A DNA stretch of 64,000 bases, taken from Verrucomicrobiales bacterium (GTDB lineage: Bacteria; Verrucomicrobiota; Verrucomicrobiia; Verrucomicrobiales; V1-33). How positions within the stretch are numbered: position 1 is the stretch's first letter; every line of letters starts with the position of its first letter. This document shows positions 62,501 to 64,000 of this stretch, piece by piece. Below the pieces are notes generated by a model. It saw only the letters and a list, made by a program, of their open reading frames with translations, was not told the origin of the DNA and searched no databases. Made by a program: the position numbers and the translations under genes. The stretch lies in assembly GCA_031411295.1 (NCBI GenBank), contig JANOAV010000187.1:52341-116340 (forward strand). Direction: 5' to 3'.

Positions 62501-63784
62501 GCGGGGCCAGCAGAAGTTGGAAAAGAACGGTCTGCTGACGCGGAGTCGCGATCTGCTGCGACGTTTCATCACGCTGTATCCGGCGGATGCGCTGGCGGAT
62601 GATGCGACGTTTAGTTCAACGAATGCTTTCTTCGCGCTGAAGGATTACCCCAGTGTGGTGAGGGCCGGTGAAGCTGCTGTGAAGCGGTATCCGCAGAGCA
62701 CCTATCTGGGGCAGTTCCAATACATGGCCGCGTTAGGACACTTCTGGCAGTTTCATTTCGCGGAAGCGCTGGCAAGTGCGGCTCCTGTGGCTAATGGCGA
62801 GAGCAAGGACCGGGATCTGGCGCGCTATATCACTGGCCAGATTCACCACGCGCAGGGCAAACCCGCCGATGCTGTTTCCTGGTATCAACAGGTGAAGGGC
62901 AAATATCCCGATGCCGCTGCGGCCTTGGCTGCATTTGAAGAAAAGAAGATCGGCCTACCGGAAATAGCCACCTATCAACCGGGGGAAGCCGTCAAACTCA
63001 GCATCAATCATCGCAATGTGAAGCAGGCATCGCTGCAAATCTACAAGGTGGATCTGATGAAACCTTATCTCCCGAAAAGAACCTCAGCCGAGTCACTCGT
63101 GTGAACCTGACAGGCATCTAGCCAGAAGCCACAGTGCCCATGGATGTGGCCAACGCGACGGCATGGACGGATCACACGCTGGAGGTGGCGCTGCCGATGA
63201 AAGATGAGGGCGCGTATTTGGTCATCGCCCGCGGAGACGATCTATTTACCAGCGGCTTGGTGCTGATCACGGCCTTGAAATTGGATGTTAGAGAAGACGC
63301 CAACGCAGGCTCTGTGCGAGTAAACGTGCTTAGCGCAGCCGATGGAAAATACGTGGCCGATGCCGAAGTCAAAGCCATCGCCAGCGGCAGTGCAGACATC
63401 CAGTCCGGCCAGACGGATCCACGTGGCATCTTCCAAGCAGGAAATCTGCAAGGCACTGCCACGGTGATTGTGCGGCAGGGGGAGAATCGGTTCGCGTTTC
63501 CTCGGGGGAATACCGTGCTAAAGCCAGCGGCGGCCGCTTCCGGTGGATTTCCTGTCACGCCAACCACGCCGCGGAGAAGAGTAGAGTTGAATGGTCAGAT
63601 TCTGCCCGAAGACTTCGAGCCACCTCAGATCCCGCACACCAATGGTATGCTGGGCAAGGACGCTTATTTACAGAACGTGGGTAGGGATAATGGCGCCATC
63701 CAAGAATTCAACTGGAGTGCCTGGGACAGCAAACGCCGCACCAGCGGTAAAGGAGTGCAGGCGGAGAAGGCGCTGAAAAAGTAG
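59531..63784 (+). pseudogene. Disrupted TPR / alpha-2-macroglobulin-like gene (fragments 59531-60370, 60270-63104, 63134-63784)
   Basis: Signal peptide and TPRs; QEDDGGWAW A2M-like motif; frameshifts near 60170 and 63070; in-frame TAG at 63119. Confidence 0.75.
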
Positions 63785-63867
63785 GGGGACTCCACAGAGG
63801 GTAGGGAATTTCCTACCCATCCCTTGGCTGCTTTGAGGTGCCGTTTACCCCAAAACCGCGCCATTCT

Positions 63868-63940
63868 AAAAAATAAATCAAAAAAGCTGCGAAAAAAACT
63901 TGCGCCGGGGAGAGGACTGGGTATTCTCTCCATCCCGCCG
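63868..63940 (+). promoter_or_regulatory. Stable-RNA (rRNA/tRNA)-type sigma70 promoter
   Basis: A-tract UP element, TTGCGC (63900)-16 bp-TATTCT (63922), C-rich discriminator. Confidence 0.6.
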
Positions 63941-64000
63941 CGAAACGCAGTGCGGGTTTCGAGGGTGGTTCAAGTAGCTGATCAATGATTAAACGTTGAT

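Noticed and set aside
63119..63121. In-frame TAG as pyrrolysine or readthrough
   Set aside because: Lies next to a frameshift in a decaying gene; no pyl genes seen.
1..64000. CRISPR arrays, tRNAs, transposases, prophage or known defence genes
   Set aside because: No repeat-spacer arrays, cloverleafs or matching protein motifs seen by eye.

Overview
A GC-rich bacterial window, most likely Verrucomicrobiota. This is an inference from the DUF1549/1553, DUF1501, DUF1592 and DUF3500 genes, the A/C-rich translation leaders and a Verrucomicrobia-style C-terminal surface-protein motif. From 1 to 12.6 kb there is a co-oriented cell-envelope cluster: a giant repetitive lamin-tail-domain protein, a lipoprotein, an FHA-ABC exporter, a membrane protein, two paralogous secreted helical proteins, a PPC-like protein and two tiny lipoproteins missed by the ORF track that share a conserved C-terminal motif. 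A terminator closes the cluster. From 12.6 to 38.8 kb is a mix of housekeeping and PVC-specific genes (nadC, purD, tilS, msrA, apaG, nuoE, mog, VIT1, clpB, hydrolases). From 38.8 to 51.6 kb is a urea utilisation locus (ureBC, ureEFGD, porin, urtABCDE, displaced ureA). It carries divergent sigma54 promoters, a 103-aa LysR-HTH-only regulator and a HupE/UreJ-like micro-protein. From 51.6 to 55.3 kb is an AT-richer islet with a poly-G tract and glycosyltransferases. From 59.5 to 63.8 kb is a broken TPR/alpha-2-macroglobulin-like gene. The window ends in a stable-RNA-type promoter. No CRISPR array, tRNA or transposase was seen. All family calls come from motif recognition, not database searches.
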